A DNA stretch of 61,546 nucleotides, counting the filler. It is 6 parts of 6 records of this genome, joined end to end, with 100 filler letters (N's around TTAATTAATTAA, not from the genome) between each part and the next. Parts side by side here need not be neighbours in the genome. Positions count along the whole stretch, not along the records: positions 15,707 to 32,624 come from SRR20825010_5531; 5 more parts are not named here. One strand, 5' to 3'. Under the pieces are notes generated by a model. The model did no database searches. It worked only from the letters and a program-made list of their open reading frames with translations, and had not been told where the DNA came from. Position numbers and translations under genes: made by a program. This document shows, piece by piece, positions 17,607-28,100 of the stretch (position 1 is the stretch's first letter; every line of letters begins with the position of its first letter).

Positions 17607-18206
17607 TTATTCTTGAACACGTATTGAATTCTTTCTGGTCCTGTAAAAAGCTATGGCCTTTTGAAATTTTACCGCACCTTCCTTGGTTTGGTCATAAATG
17701 AATCCATCCAATTCAGGATGATGTTCTGCTATCCAAGACACCAAATTTTCCCGTTTGGCAGTCCACAAAGAATCCTTGAAATCGACATATTCGACGATAT
17801 CAATACTATAAATTTTGCCATTTTTGATTTTCATGATTTCACGGCTAACGAAGGGTTCTTCTTGCAGAAAAAGAATCCTATCACATGCCTTTGAGACTTT
17901 TAATTCAAGGCTGTCCCCACTTTTGTTAATGTCCAGGATCTTATATTTTGGACGGAACACGGAATCCCACTGAAACAAAGAACGATAGCCCTCTTTACTA
18001 AAAGCCCTTACATGGTCCATTTCATTAAACCGTATGCTGTCCAAAAACAACTCGACCAGTTCCTTATAATCGGATGTGTTCAGGGCGCTGACGTAATTTT
18101 CGGCAATTTTCACCGTATCCATTTCCTTATGCTTCTGATTACAGGACATGGTGATTACCGCGCACACAGCGATGACGGCAATCTTCTTAAAACTGAATTC
18201 AATCAT
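17607..18206 (-). CDS. Hypothetical lipoprotein, possible NTF2/SnoaL-like fold
   Basis: ITMSC lipobox; AENYVSALNTSDY..LVELF pattern. Confidence 0.55.
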   Translation of the reverse strand: MIEFSFKKIAVIAVCAVITMSCNQKHKEMDTVKIAENYVSALNTSDYKELVELFLDSIRFNEMDHVRAFSKEGYRSLFQWDSVFRPKYKILDINKSGDSLELKVSKACDRILFLQEEPFVSREIMKIKNGKIYSIDIVEYVDFKDSLWTAKRENLVSWIAEHHPELDGFIYDQTKEGAVKFQKAIAFYRTRKNSIRVQE

Positions 18207-18281
18207 AACACAAAAATAGGCTTATCTTAGACGTCCCAAAACTTTGTTCGGATTAAAGATTCCTCAAGCGTATATTTGCCT

Positions 18282-18722
18282 ATGGCATCACTCAAAAATT
18301 TCCTTAAATCCAAAGACTACATAAATATACCTTTGGTATTGACCGAAACCAACCATTTTGAACTCGTTGCCAGTATCAATGGTGTTACGGGCAAGTTTAT
18401 TTTGGACACCGGAGCATCCAATACCTGCGTGGGGATGGACAAAATTGCGTTTTTTGAAATGGCGTCGGAAGCCACAGACATTAAAGCCGCTGGAGCTGGT
18501 GCTTCGGAAATGGAAACTTTGATCTCCATCAAGAACAAAATACAGATCGGGGACTGGAAAAAGAAAAAACAGAAGGTCGTTCTTTTTGATCTTACCCACG
18601 TGAATCAAGCTTTAGTTTCCCACAATGCCCTGCCCGTTGATGGAATCATCGGTGCGGATCTACTGAAAAAAGGTAAGGCCGTAATCGATTACAATAAAAA
18701 ATGCCTCTACTTAAAAAAGTAA
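18282..18722 (+). CDS. Retropepsin-like aspartic protease
   Basis: FILDTGASNT and DGIIGADLL motifs. Confidence 0.88.
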   Translation: MASLKNFLKSKDYINIPLVLTETNHFELVASINGVTGKFILDTGASNTCVGMDKIAFFEMASEATDIKAAGAGASEMETLISIKNKIQIGDWKKKKQKVVLFDLTHVNQALVSHNALPVDGIIGADLLKKGKAVIDYNKKCLYLKK

Positions 18723-18747
18723 AGGCATTTGTTTATAGATTTCACGA

Positions 18748-18773
18748 TATCGCTTCGACTTCGCTCAGCGACC
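18748..18773. repeat. REP-like short element (CGCTTCGACTTCGCTCAGCG) between convergent genes
   Basis: Imperfect hairpin resembling the CTTCGACnnCGCTCAG repeat I recall from Bacteroidota intergenic regions; single copy here. Confidence 0.45.
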
Positions 18774-18792
18774 TTTCTATTTAATATTTAGA

Positions 18793-20028
18793 TTATAATT
18801 CCAACGCTTTTTTCACGTTTCCGTCCATCAACAATTCTTCTGGACTTTCCAAGGCTTCTTTTACAGCGACCAAGAACCCAACGGATTCTTTACCATCAAT
18901 AATTCGGTGATCATAAGAAAGCGCAACGTACATTACAGGTGCTATGGCAATGGCACCATCCCTAACAATGGCACGTTCCACAATGTTGTGCATTCCCAAG
19001 ATTCCACTTTGTGGTGGATTGATAATCGGGGTAGACAACATAGAACCAAATACACCTCCGTTGGTAATGGTAAAGGTACCGCCGGTCATTTCATCAACCG
19101 TGATTTCACCCTCCCTAGCACGGATGGCCAAACGTTTTACTTCGGATTCGATTCCTCTGAACGTAAGATTTTCTGCATTTCTGATTACGGGAACCATCAA
19201 ACCTTTAGGTCCTGACACTGCAATACTGATATCACAGAATTCGTAGGTGATCATTTCCTTGCCATCAATCATGGAATTAACCGCCGGATACATTTCCAAT
19301 GCTCGGATTACCGCTTTGGTAAAGAAGGACATAAATCCTAGACTTACTCCATGCTTATTTTTGAACTCTTCCTTGTATTGATTTCTCAACTCGAAAATAG
19401 CGGACATGTCCACTTCGTTGAAGGTGGTCAACATCGCGGTCTCGTTCTTGGCAGAGACCAACCTTTCGGCCACTTTTCTTCTCAACATGGACAATTTGGA
19501 ACGGCTTTCACCTCGGTTACCCCCTGTTGGAGTTCCCATGGACGGAACAGCTTTTACAGCATCGTCCTTGGTGATACGCCCATCTTTTCCACTACCTGAT
19601 ACGGAAGAAGAATCGATTCCCTTTTCGTCCAATATTTTCTTGGCCGCTGGTGATGGGGTACCGGAAGCATAAGTTTCCTTTTTAGGTTCCTCTTTCTTCG
19701 GGGCTTCTTTTTTAGGTTCCTCCTTTTTGGACTCCTCTTTCTTGGATTCTTCCTTTTTATCTGATTTATCCGATGAGCCTCCGGGTTTTTCGGCGCTTGT
19801 ATCGATAAGGCAAACCACCTCACCAACAGCTACGGCGTCCCCCACTTCGGCCTTAAGGGTAATAATTCCGCTCTCCTCCGCAGGAAGCTCCAATGTTGCC
19901 TTGTCCGAATCTACTTCGGCTATGGCCTGGTCCTTCTCCACATAGTCTCCATCTTCTACCAACCATTCGGCGATTTCTACCTCTGTAATGGATTCCCCCG
20001 GTGAGGGAACTTTCATTTCTAAAACCAT
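18793..20028 (-). CDS. sucB: 2-oxoglutarate dehydrogenase E2 (dihydrolipoamide succinyltransferase)
   Basis: Lipoyl domain DSDKATLE, KKEE-repeat linker, catalytic SYDHRIIDG. Confidence 0.97.
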   Translation of the reverse strand: MVLEMKVPSPGESITEVEIAEWLVEDGDYVEKDQAIAEVDSDKATLELPAEESGIITLKAEVGDAVAVGEVVCLIDTSAEKPGGSSDKSDKKEESKKEESKKEEPKKEAPKKEEPKKETYASGTPSPAAKKILDEKGIDSSSVSGSGKDGRITKDDAVKAVPSMGTPTGGNRGESRSKLSMLRRKVAERLVSAKNETAMLTTFNEVDMSAIFELRNQYKEEFKNKHGVSLGFMSFFTKAVIRALEMYPAVNSMIDGKEMITYEFCDISIAVSGPKGLMVPVIRNAENLTFRGIESEVKRLAIRAREGEITVDEMTGGTFTITNGGVFGSMLSTPIINPPQSGILGMHNIVERAIVRDGAIAIAPVMYVALSYDHRIIDGKESVGFLVAVKEALESPEELLMDGNVKKALEL

Positions 20029-20050
20029 TCTATTATAGTTTATACTTGAA

Positions 20051-22855
20051 TTATCTTATTTGCATGTTATCCTTACTCTTGTCAAAAACGTAGTCCAACA
20101 CTTGGGCATGACGTCTTTTTGAGCGAACGGCACTACCTGCCGCAGGGGCTCCGTAGAACCTACGGGAAGCCACTCTAAACTGCTTGGCCTCGTCCAAATG
20201 CATCAACATGTGGCTCCAGCCCCCCATATTCCTTGGTTCTTCCTGTGCCCAAACAATATCGTCGGCGTTCTTGTATTTTTTGATAATGCTTCGCATTTCT
20301 TCAGCCGGCAATGGGAACAATTGCTCCACACGTACCAAAGCTACATCATCTCTTTCCAACTCTTCACGTTTGTCCAGAAGATCATAATAGAATTTACCAG
20401 TACAGAACACCAATGTTTTTACCTTGGCCGCTTTTGCATCAGCGTCATCAATCACCATTTGGAAACTACCGTTGGCCATTTCTTCTTTAGTGGACACTAC
20501 TTTAGGGTGCCTCAACAAACTTTTGGGCGTAAACACCACCAAAGGCTTACGGAAGTTGGCCTTCATTTGTCTACGGAAGAGATGGAACAAGTTGGCCGGC
20601 GTGGTCACATCCGCCACGAACATATTGTCCTTGGCACAAAGCTGTAAGTATCGCTCCATACGTGCCGATGAGTGCTCCGCTCCCTGACCTTCATAACCGT
20701 GTGGCAACAACAGCACCAATCCGTTCTGCAGCTTCCATTTATCCTCTGCCGATGATAAATATTGATCTATAATAATCTGGGCTCCGTTACTGAAATCCCC
20801 AAACTGTGCCTCCCAAATGGTCAATGTTTTCGGGCTTGCCATGGCATAGCCATAATCAAATCCCATAACGGCATATTCTGAGAGTAATGAGTTATAGATA
20901 TGAAACTTACCGTTTTGGTTATCGCCCATTTCGTTCAACAGCACTACTTCTTCCTCGTGCATTTCCGTTTTGATGACCGCGTGCCTGTGCGAGAAGGTTC
21001 CCCTTTCCACATCTTGACCTGTCATCCTAACATCGTAACCTTCCTCTATCAACGAACCATAGGCCAACAATTCGCCCATCGCCCAATCGAGTTTGTTATC
21101 CTCAAAATACATGGTATGGCGACCATCTACCAACTTGACCAATTTTCTCAAGAACTTTTTGTCCTCTGGCAATTTGGTAATGCTCTTGGCAATCTCATCC
21201 AATTTCTTGAGGTCGTACGTGGTATCCATAGGTTTAAGCATCACCTCTTCGGTCACTTGCTCAAAACCTTCCCATTCATCTTGCATGAAAGGGGTTATTC
21301 TGGTCTTCTCGATTTTACGGGAATCCAAAAGATTCTCTTCGAGATCGTTCTTATATTTTTCCTCAAGCTCTTTTACGTAGTTCTCATCGATTATTCCCTC
21401 GGCTATCAATTTGGCCGCATAAATATCCCTTGGGTTATCGTGCTTGGAAATTGATTTGTACAACAATGGCTGGGTAAACTTAGGCTCATCGCCCTCGTTA
21501 TGACCATACTTCCTGTACCCCAATAAATCCAAGAAAATATCACGTTTGTATCGCATCCTATATTCCAAGGCAAAGGTGGTGGCATGCACCACGGCCTCAG
21601 CATCATCTGCATTTACGTGAAGTACTGGCGAAAGGGTTACTTTTCCAACATCCGTACAATAGGTCGACGACCTTGCATCCAAATAGTTAGTTGTGAACCC
21701 AATTTGGTTGTTCACTACAATATGTATGGTACCTCCTGTGGTATACCCGTCCAAACGGGCCATTTGAATTGTTTCGTAAACGACTCCTTGGGCAGCAAAA
21801 GCGGCATCGCCATGAATCAAAATCGGGAGTACTTCGGAGATATTCTCGCTATGGTCACGATCCTGTTTGGCTCTAGAAATCCCTTCGACGATGGAGTTTA
21901 CAGTCTCTAAGTGAGATGGGTTCGGGGCAATGTTCATGTTGACCATTTTCCCTGAATCTGTCTCACGTTTTGATGTCCATCCCAAGTGGTACTTTACGTC
22001 CCCGTCAAAAATGGTCTCTTCGTAATCCTTACCATCAAACTCGCTAAAGATGTCCTTTGGCGACTTCCCAAAAATATTCGTAAGCACGTTCAAACGTCCT
22101 CGGTGGGCCATACCCACTACAAATTGCTTTACGCCCTTGTCGGCCGCTTTTTCAATGATTACGTCCAAAGCTGGAATCAGAGATTCACCTCCTTCGAGCG
22201 AAAATCGTTTTTGTCCCACATATTTGGTATGCAAAAAGCTCTCAAAAGATACAGCTTCGTTCAATTTTCTAAGGATGTTCTTCTTCTCCTCCGGGCTATA
22301 ATCGGGATGGTTGTCGTTCTTATTGAGCCAATCCTGAATCCACTGGATACGCTCCGGGGTTCGGATGTACATGTACTCGACCCCTATCGCATCACAATAA
22401 ATACTCTCCAGATGGCGAATAATTTCCTTTAGGGATGCAGGGCCAATACCCAGTATTTTTCCTGCATCAAAAACGGTGTCGAGATCCTCTTGGTTAAGAC
22501 CAAAGTTGTCTATGTCCAAGGTAGGCTCATACTTGCGCCTTTCCCTTACCGGGTTGGTTTTAGTAAAGAGGTGCCCACGGGAACGGTAACCATCAATAAG
22601 GCGGATGACCTGAAACTCCTTTTGCAAGGTTTCCGGCATTTCCACTTTCCGTCCATTGGAAAGCACGACCATGCCGCCATCACCCTTATCCGATTCGATT
22701 CCCAAATCTTCGAGGGAACCTTCCAAACCAAAATCAAATCCTTGAAAAAAAGCCCTCCAACTGGGCTCAATAGTATCGGGATTCGTTAGATATTTTTCGT
22801 ATTGCTCCGCAAAAAATGAAGTGTGCGCAGCATTTAAAAATGAATATTTGTCCAT
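20051..22855 (-). CDS. sucA: 2-oxoglutarate dehydrogenase E1
   Basis: GMAHRGRLN, GDVKYHLG, HGDAAF, GYEGQGAEHSSAR. Confidence 0.97.
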   Translation of the reverse strand: MDKYSFLNAAHTSFFAEQYEKYLTNPDTIEPSWRAFFQGFDFGLEGSLEDLGIESDKGDGGMVVLSNGRKVEMPETLQKEFQVIRLIDGYRSRGHLFTKTNPVRERRKYEPTLDIDNFGLNQEDLDTVFDAGKILGIGPASLKEIIRHLESIYCDAIGVEYMYIRTPERIQWIQDWLNKNDNHPDYSPEEKKNILRKLNEAVSFESFLHTKYVGQKRFSLEGGESLIPALDVIIEKAADKGVKQFVVGMAHRGRLNVLTNIFGKSPKDIFSEFDGKDYEETIFDGDVKYHLGWTSKRETDSGKMVNMNIAPNPSHLETVNSIVEGISRAKQDRDHSENISEVLPILIHGDAAFAAQGVVYETIQMARLDGYTTGGTIHIVVNNQIGFTTNYLDARSSTYCTDVGKVTLSPVLHVNADDAEAVVHATTFALEYRMRYKRDIFLDLLGYRKYGHNEGDEPKFTQPLLYKSISKHDNPRDIYAAKLIAEGIIDENYVKELEEKYKNDLEENLLDSRKIEKTRITPFMQDEWEGFEQVTEEVMLKPMDTTYDLKKLDEIAKSITKLPEDKKFLRKLVKLVDGRHTMYFEDNKLDWAMGELLAYGSLIEEGYDVRMTGQDVERGTFSHRHAVIKTEMHEEEVVLLNEMGDNQNGKFHIYNSLLSEYAVMGFDYGYAMASPKTLTIWEAQFGDFSNGAQIIIDQYLSSAEDKWKLQNGLVLLLPHGYEGQGAEHSSARMERYLQLCAKDNMFVADVTTPANLFHLFRRQMKANFRKPLVVFTPKSLLRHPKVVSTKEEMANGSFQMVIDDADAKAAKVKTLVFCTGKFYYDLLDKREELERDDVALVRVEQLFPLPAEEMRSIIKKYKNADDIVWAQEEPRNMGGWSHMLMHLDEAKQFRVASRRFYGAPAAGSAVRSKRRHAQVLDYVFDKSKDNMQIR

Positions 22856-23064
22856 TCTTTCTGTTTCTCCAAAACTTTATGGAAAATTTTGTCAAAAATA
22901 CGGGTTTTAGCATTTATATACTTGTATTCCCGTGAATTTCTTACTCAAATTTACAACTATATCACAGAATAAACAGTAAAGCAATAAAAATGAAATTTTT
23001 AACTGAAATTAACAGTGGAAACTAAAAATAATTTAACTTGACCGACCAGCTAAACCAACCTAAT

Positions 23065-24165
23065 ATGTCCAAACTTAAAAACAGATACCTTTCCCTCGAT
23101 GTTTTCAGAGGACTTGACGTTGCCTTAATGATCATAGTCAACTCCCCAGGAAATGGCTCTACCACCTTTTCTCCTTTATTACATGCCGAATGGAACGGTT
23201 TTACATTGACCGACCTTGTTTTTCCAACTTTTTTGTTCGTGGTGGGAAATGCCATGAGCTTTAGCATGAAAAAGTATGAAAGTATGGGTACACCTGCGTT
23301 TTTCAAAAAAGTTTTGAAACGGACGGCCATTATTTTTTTACTGGGCTTTTTAATGTATTGGTATCCCTTTTTTGACGATGGACAATTAAAACCATTTTCG
23401 GAGACGCGGGTCTTTGGGGTTCTGCAACGCATTGCGCTATGCTATATGTTCGCCTCCATCATCCTATATTTTGTAAAGACCAAAACGGCCATTTGGCTGA
23501 GCTTGGCATTTTTGGTTGGCTACCACCTAATCCTAATTGGTTTTGGAGACCTTACATTGACAGGAAATGCGGTTCTTAAATTGGATGAATGGTTAATTGG
23601 ACCAAACCACATGTACCACGGCGAAGGCATTGCTTTTGATCCCGAAGGATTGCTGAGCACACTCCCATCTATTGTAAATGTGATCATTGGTTATTTGGCG
23701 GGTAGATTCATCCAGAACAACGGACAGAATTATGAAACAGTAGCCAAATTGATGATGTTCGGGTTTGCCCTTGTATTCGCAGGATTGGCTTGGGACCTTA
23801 TTTTGCCCATCAACAAAAAACTTTGGACAAGCTCGTTTGTATTGCTCACCTGTGGCATCGACCTTTTTGCAATCGCCATCCTTATTTATATCCTGGACAT
23901 GAAAAAAGCCAAAAGCTGGAGTTACTTTTTTGAAGTTTTCGGTAAAAACACCCTGTTCATTTACTTGCTATCGGAATTGTTCATCATAACCCTTTTCGCT
24001 ATCGATATCAATGGAGAATCTTTATACAGATGGATTGCCGACAACATATTTATATCGTGGTCCGGCGGACATATGGGCTCTTTGCTATTTGCACTCTGGG
24101 TGATGCTCACTTGTTGGGCCGTGGGCTACTTTATGGACAAAAAAGGCATTTATGTAAAGGTATGA
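23065..24165 (+). CDS. HGSNAT/NagX-like membrane acyltransferase
   Basis: RYLSLDVFRG, HAEWNGFTLTDLVFP, GVLQRIA, DPEGLLSTL, PINKKLWTSS. Confidence 0.85.
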   Translation: MSKLKNRYLSLDVFRGLDVALMIIVNSPGNGSTTFSPLLHAEWNGFTLTDLVFPTFLFVVGNAMSFSMKKYESMGTPAFFKKVLKRTAIIFLLGFLMYWYPFFDDGQLKPFSETRVFGVLQRIALCYMFASIILYFVKTKTAIWLSLAFLVGYHLILIGFGDLTLTGNAVLKLDEWLIGPNHMYHGEGIAFDPEGLLSTLPSIVNVIIGYLAGRFIQNNGQNYETVAKLMMFGFALVFAGLAWDLILPINKKLWTSSFVLLTCGIDLFAIAILIYILDMKKAKSWSYFFEVFGKNTLFIYLLSELFIITLFAIDINGESLYRWIADNIFISWSGGHMGSLLFALWVMLTCWAVGYFMDKKGIYVKV

Positions 24166-24172
24166 CCAAAGG

Positions 24173-24529
24173 TCAGCCGCTATATTTGGCCTTGTACCAC
24201 ACTTTTTGCCATTCCCTTTTCAACAATAAAAAGGATACCTCCGCCGAAATGTCAACAACATCGGATGGAGCTATCCTTTTAATTTCATTTTCCGAAATAT
24301 CCACCACATATAATAGGTTGAGATATTCTGGAAACTTTTCCACAATCAAAAAGTAGATTTTTTCGTGAATAATACTTTTCAGTTCCTCGGGAGCTATATC
24401 CAAAGGAAGGTTAATAGGCACATTGGCCAATTCAAAATCCTTTTTGAGCTGCATCAAAAGTTTTTGATAGAGCTGCTCTTGCTGGACACTTTCCAGCAAC
24501 TCCAAACTGTTATTGTAGTTGGGAAGCAT
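24173..24529 (-). CDS. Conserved hypothetical protein
   Basis: QLKKDFELAN, LLYVVDISE, LKREWQKVW; co-oriented with galE. Confidence 0.7.
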   Translation of the reverse strand: MLPNYNNSLELLESVQQEQLYQKLLMQLKKDFELANVPINLPLDIAPEELKSIIHEKIYFLIVEKFPEYLNLLYVVDISENEIKRIAPSDVVDISAEVSFLLLKREWQKVWYKAKYSG

Positions 24530-24570
24530 ACTCTATCTACGTACAAATCAAGATTTGGGATTACAGCACC

Positions 24571-25587
24571 CTAACTTCTTACTATTTTCTCCCATTCCCA
24601 AGCTGATTTCATGGCATCATCGAGGCTGGATTTTGCTTTCCATCCCAAGACATCATTTGCTTTTTCGGTATTGGCATAGGCTTGGATTATATCTCCCGAC
24701 CTTCTATCCACAATTTTGTAATTGAGTTTTTCCCCAGAAACACGTTCAAAGCTTTGTATCACCTCCAATACAGAACTTCCCTTTCCTGTTCCGAGATTGA
24801 AGACTTCGTAGTTAGTTTCATTTTTATCCTTCAAAAGACGTTGCAATGCCGCTACGTGGGCTTTGGCCAAATCAACAACATGGATGTAATCCCTGATACA
24901 GGTACCATCTTCCGTGGGGTAATCATCGCCAAAAACAGAAAGCTGCTCGCGAAGTCCAATGCCTGTTTGGGTGATAAAAGGAACCAAGTTTTGAGGAACA
25001 CCGATGGGCAATTCTCCAATTTTTCCTGATGGATGCGCTCCGATCGGATTGAAATATCGCAATGCAATGGCTTTAAGGTCTGAGTTTACCTTGCAGGTAT
25101 CCCTAATAATTTCCTCTCCCACTTGCTTGGTATTCCCGTATGGGGATTCAGCAGGTTTAACCGGGGCTGACTCAGTTATCGGCATTTCATCCGCTTGACC
25201 GTAAACCGTACAGGAACTACTAAAAATGAAGCTTGCACCTCCCTTTTTCTTCAACTCCTGAAGAATATAGACCAGTACACCAAGGTTGTTCTCGTAGTAC
25301 AGAAGTGGTTCTTCCACACTTTCTCCCACCGCTTTGGATGCCGCAAAATGAATCACTCCGGCAACATCACCGTGTTTTTGGAAGAAATCTTGGACCTTGG
25401 GCTTATCACGAAGGTCAAATTCTTCAAAAAGAGGTTTCTTTCCTGTAATGGCCTCAATACCATCCAACACCTTGATGGATGAGTTGGAAAGGTTATCCAC
25501 AATGACTACTTCAAAACCTTCATTCTGTAGTTCAACAACGGTGTGGGAACCAATAAAGCCCAAACCACCTGTTACGAGTATTTTCAT
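24571..25587 (-). CDS. galE: UDP-glucose 4-epimerase
   Basis: GGLGFIGSH, YGNTK, LRYFNPIGAH, RDYIHVVDLA. Confidence 0.95.
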   Translation of the reverse strand: MKILVTGGLGFIGSHTVVELQNEGFEVVIVDNLSNSSIKVLDGIEAITGKKPLFEEFDLRDKPKVQDFFQKHGDVAGVIHFAASKAVGESVEEPLLYYENNLGVLVYILQELKKKGGASFIFSSSCTVYGQADEMPITESAPVKPAESPYGNTKQVGEEIIRDTCKVNSDLKAIALRYFNPIGAHPSGKIGELPIGVPQNLVPFITQTGIGLREQLSVFGDDYPTEDGTCIRDYIHVVDLAKAHVAALQRLLKDKNETNYEVFNLGTGKGSSVLEVIQSFERVSGEKLNYKIVDRRSGDIIQAYANTEKANDVLGWKAKSSLDDAMKSAWEWEKIVRS

Positions 25588-25589
25588 TT

Positions 25590-26744
25590 TTATTTGTTTA
25601 CGAAGTCGATTACCAAACTGGTTATATATTCAATTTGTTCATCATCCAGCTCGGTATGCATCGGAAGAGAAATCACTTCGTTCACCAATTGATTGGTCAC
25701 AGGAAAATCATCTTCGTTGTATCGGTCGTCCACATAAGCTTTCTGTTTATGCAACGGAACCGGATAATATACACCACAAGGAACGTCGTTATCATTTAAA
25801 TGTTGTACTAGTGCATCTCGTTTTCCGTTGGTAATCTTTAAAGTATATTGATGAAATACATGGCAATCACATACACTTTTCTCGCTATCACAACTGCATG
25901 ATATTTTTGGCACCACTATATGTTCCTGCCCTTTGAATGCTTGGGAATATTTTGATGCAGCCTCCCAACGCTTTTGGTTGTAATAGTCTAACTTTGGCAG
26001 CTTTGCCCTTAGAACTGCTGCTTGAATAGAATCCAAACGTGAGTTGACACCTACCACATCGTGATAATATCTTTTGTACATTCCATGGTTTACAATGCCA
26101 CGGATAATATGTGCCAAATCACCATCGTTGGTAAAAATAGCGCCACCATCTCCATAACAGCCCAAATTTTTTGATGGGAAGAACGATGTTGCCCCTACAT
26201 TTCCGATTGTGCCAGCCTTTTGTTTGGAGCCATCTTTGGAAAAATAAGAGCCTCCTATGGCCTGCGCATTATCTTCAATGACATATAAATCATGTTTTTT
26301 GGCCAATTCCATAATTTCGTCCATATTGGCGCATTGCCCAAATAGGTGAACGGGAACGATCGCCTTTGTTTTTGGAGTAATCGCCTTTTCTATGGCTTTC
26401 ACATCTATATTAAAGGTGTCGGGCTCTACATCTACCAAAACAGGTGTCAATTGCAGCAGACCGATTACTTCCACGGTAGCCGCAAAGGTAAAATCAGCGG
26501 TAATCACCTCATCGCCCGGTTGCAAACCAAGGCCCATCATACATATTTGGAGTGCATCGGTCCCATTGGCACATGGAATCACATGTTTAACGCCCAAATA
26601 GTCCTGCAACTCATTTTGAAAGGCCTGTACATGGGGGCCGTTGATAAATGCAGAAGAATCCAAGATTTCCGCAATAGCTTCGTTGACCTCGGTCTTTATA
26701 CCTTCATATTGACCTTTTAGGTCAACCATTTGAATTTTTTTCAT
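25590..26744 (-). CDS. DegT/DnrJ/EryC1/StrS nucleotide-sugar aminotransferase
   Basis: NGTDAL, PVHLFGQ, EDNAQ, SFFPSKNLGCYGDGG, NSRLD. Confidence 0.93.
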   Translation of the reverse strand: MKKIQMVDLKGQYEGIKTEVNEAIAEILDSSAFINGPHVQAFQNELQDYLGVKHVIPCANGTDALQICMMGLGLQPGDEVITADFTFAATVEVIGLLQLTPVLVDVEPDTFNIDVKAIEKAITPKTKAIVPVHLFGQCANMDEIMELAKKHDLYVIEDNAQAIGGSYFSKDGSKQKAGTIGNVGATSFFPSKNLGCYGDGGAIFTNDGDLAHIIRGIVNHGMYKRYYHDVVGVNSRLDSIQAAVLRAKLPKLDYYNQKRWEAASKYSQAFKGQEHIVVPKISCSCDSEKSVCDCHVFHQYTLKITNGKRDALVQHLNDNDVPCGVYYPVPLHKQKAYVDDRYNEDDFPVTNQLVNEVISLPMHTELDDEQIEYITSLVIDFVNK

Positions 26745-26832
26745 CCGAATAAATTAATACGTCAAAATTAAGAAATTAAGATGCCATAATGGTCTCTGAC
26801 CGAAAGAATGTATTTTAGCGAAAAAGATATTC

Positions 26833-28068
26833 TTGCGTTTTCTGTACAACATACTTATCAATATTGCTTGGCTCGTTCTTAGCGTGATTGCCCTTTTCAA
26901 TGCCAAGATCAAATTGTTCGTTCAAGGCAGGAAGAGAACTTTTCCTTTGTTGAAAGAAAAATTGAACAAGGGAGACAAAACCATTTGGATGCATGTGGCC
27001 TCATTGGGCGAATTTGAACAAGGACTTCCTATTTTGGAACGGTTACACTCCAAGTATCCCGAACATAAATTGGTTCTCAGTTTTTTTTCGCCTTCCGGCT
27101 ATGAGGTCAAAAAGAATACCTCCATTGCAGATGTGGTGGTGTACCTACCCTTGGACAGCCATCATAAAGTGAAGCGATTTTTAAATATGGTAAATCCCCA
27201 ACTGGCCATTTTTGTTAAATATGAGGTCTGGCCCAATTATCTATATCAACTCAAAAAAAGAAATATTCCCACTATTTTGGTGTCGGCTATTTTCTCCGAA
27301 AGACAGATTTATTTCAAATCCTACGGTGGGTTTATGCGAAAGAGCCTAAGGGAATTTGACCATTATTTTGTTCAAGACGAAAAATCGAAAAAGCTGTTGG
27401 AATCCATCGGAATAAAAAATTCCAGTATTGGTGGCGATACTCGATTGGACCGAGTTTCGGAAATCCTGAAACGAAACAACCAATTGGACTTTATGGATCG
27501 CTTCAAGAACAATCAACTTTGCTTGGTGGCCGGAAGCACTTGGCCGGAAGATGAAAAAATCTTGGTCAATTACATCAACTCCACTCCCGAAAAAATAAAG
27601 TTTGTCATCGCACCGCACGAAATCAAGTCGGCACATATCGATAAAATTGCTTCTGCACTCGAAAAAACCGCGGTACGCTATTCCGAACTGGACAACCAAA
27701 ACCTTAAGGAAATCGATGTCCTCATTATTGACACTATTGGTTTATTGACGAAAATTTATAGCTACGCCAATATTGCCTACGTGGGAGGTGGTTTTGCCAC
27801 AGGATTGCACAATACTATGGAGCCTGCTATTTTCGGCATCCCAATTATCATCGGACCACAATTTGGAGGCTTCAAAGAAGCTGAAGACTTGGTCAACGAA
27901 GGAGGAATTATTCCGATTTCCAGTCAGGATAGTTTTGACAATTTGATGAACGATCTTTTGAACCACCCCATTTCCATCAAAAATATTGGAGCTATCAACG
28001 CCAATTACATCAACGCCAATAAAGGTGCTTCGGAATTGATCATGAAATACATTTCCAAGATTTTATAA
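26833..28068 (+). CDS. waaA: Kdo transferase
   Basis: WMHVASLGEFE, YLPLD, GDTRLD, AGSTW, DTIGLL, HNTMEPA. Confidence 0.93.
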   Translation: MRFLYNILINIAWLVLSVIALFNAKIKLFVQGRKRTFPLLKEKLNKGDKTIWMHVASLGEFEQGLPILERLHSKYPEHKLVLSFFSPSGYEVKKNTSIADVVVYLPLDSHHKVKRFLNMVNPQLAIFVKYEVWPNYLYQLKKRNIPTILVSAIFSERQIYFKSYGGFMRKSLREFDHYFVQDEKSKKLLESIGIKNSSIGGDTRLDRVSEILKRNNQLDFMDRFKNNQLCLVAGSTWPEDEKILVNYINSTPEKIKFVIAPHEIKSAHIDKIASALEKTAVRYSELDNQNLKEIDVLIIDTIGLLTKIYSYANIAYVGGGFATGLHNTMEPAIFGIPIIIGPQFGGFKEAEDLVNEGGIIPISSQDSFDNLMNDLLNHPISIKNIGAINANYINANKGASELIMKYISKIL

Positions 28069-28100
28069 ATTTTGGTTAGCTTTAGCAAAATTCATCCTCC

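Noticed and set aside
19680-19760. Short tandem repeat in sucB
   Set aside because: It encodes the ordinary KKEE-rich flexible linker of E2.
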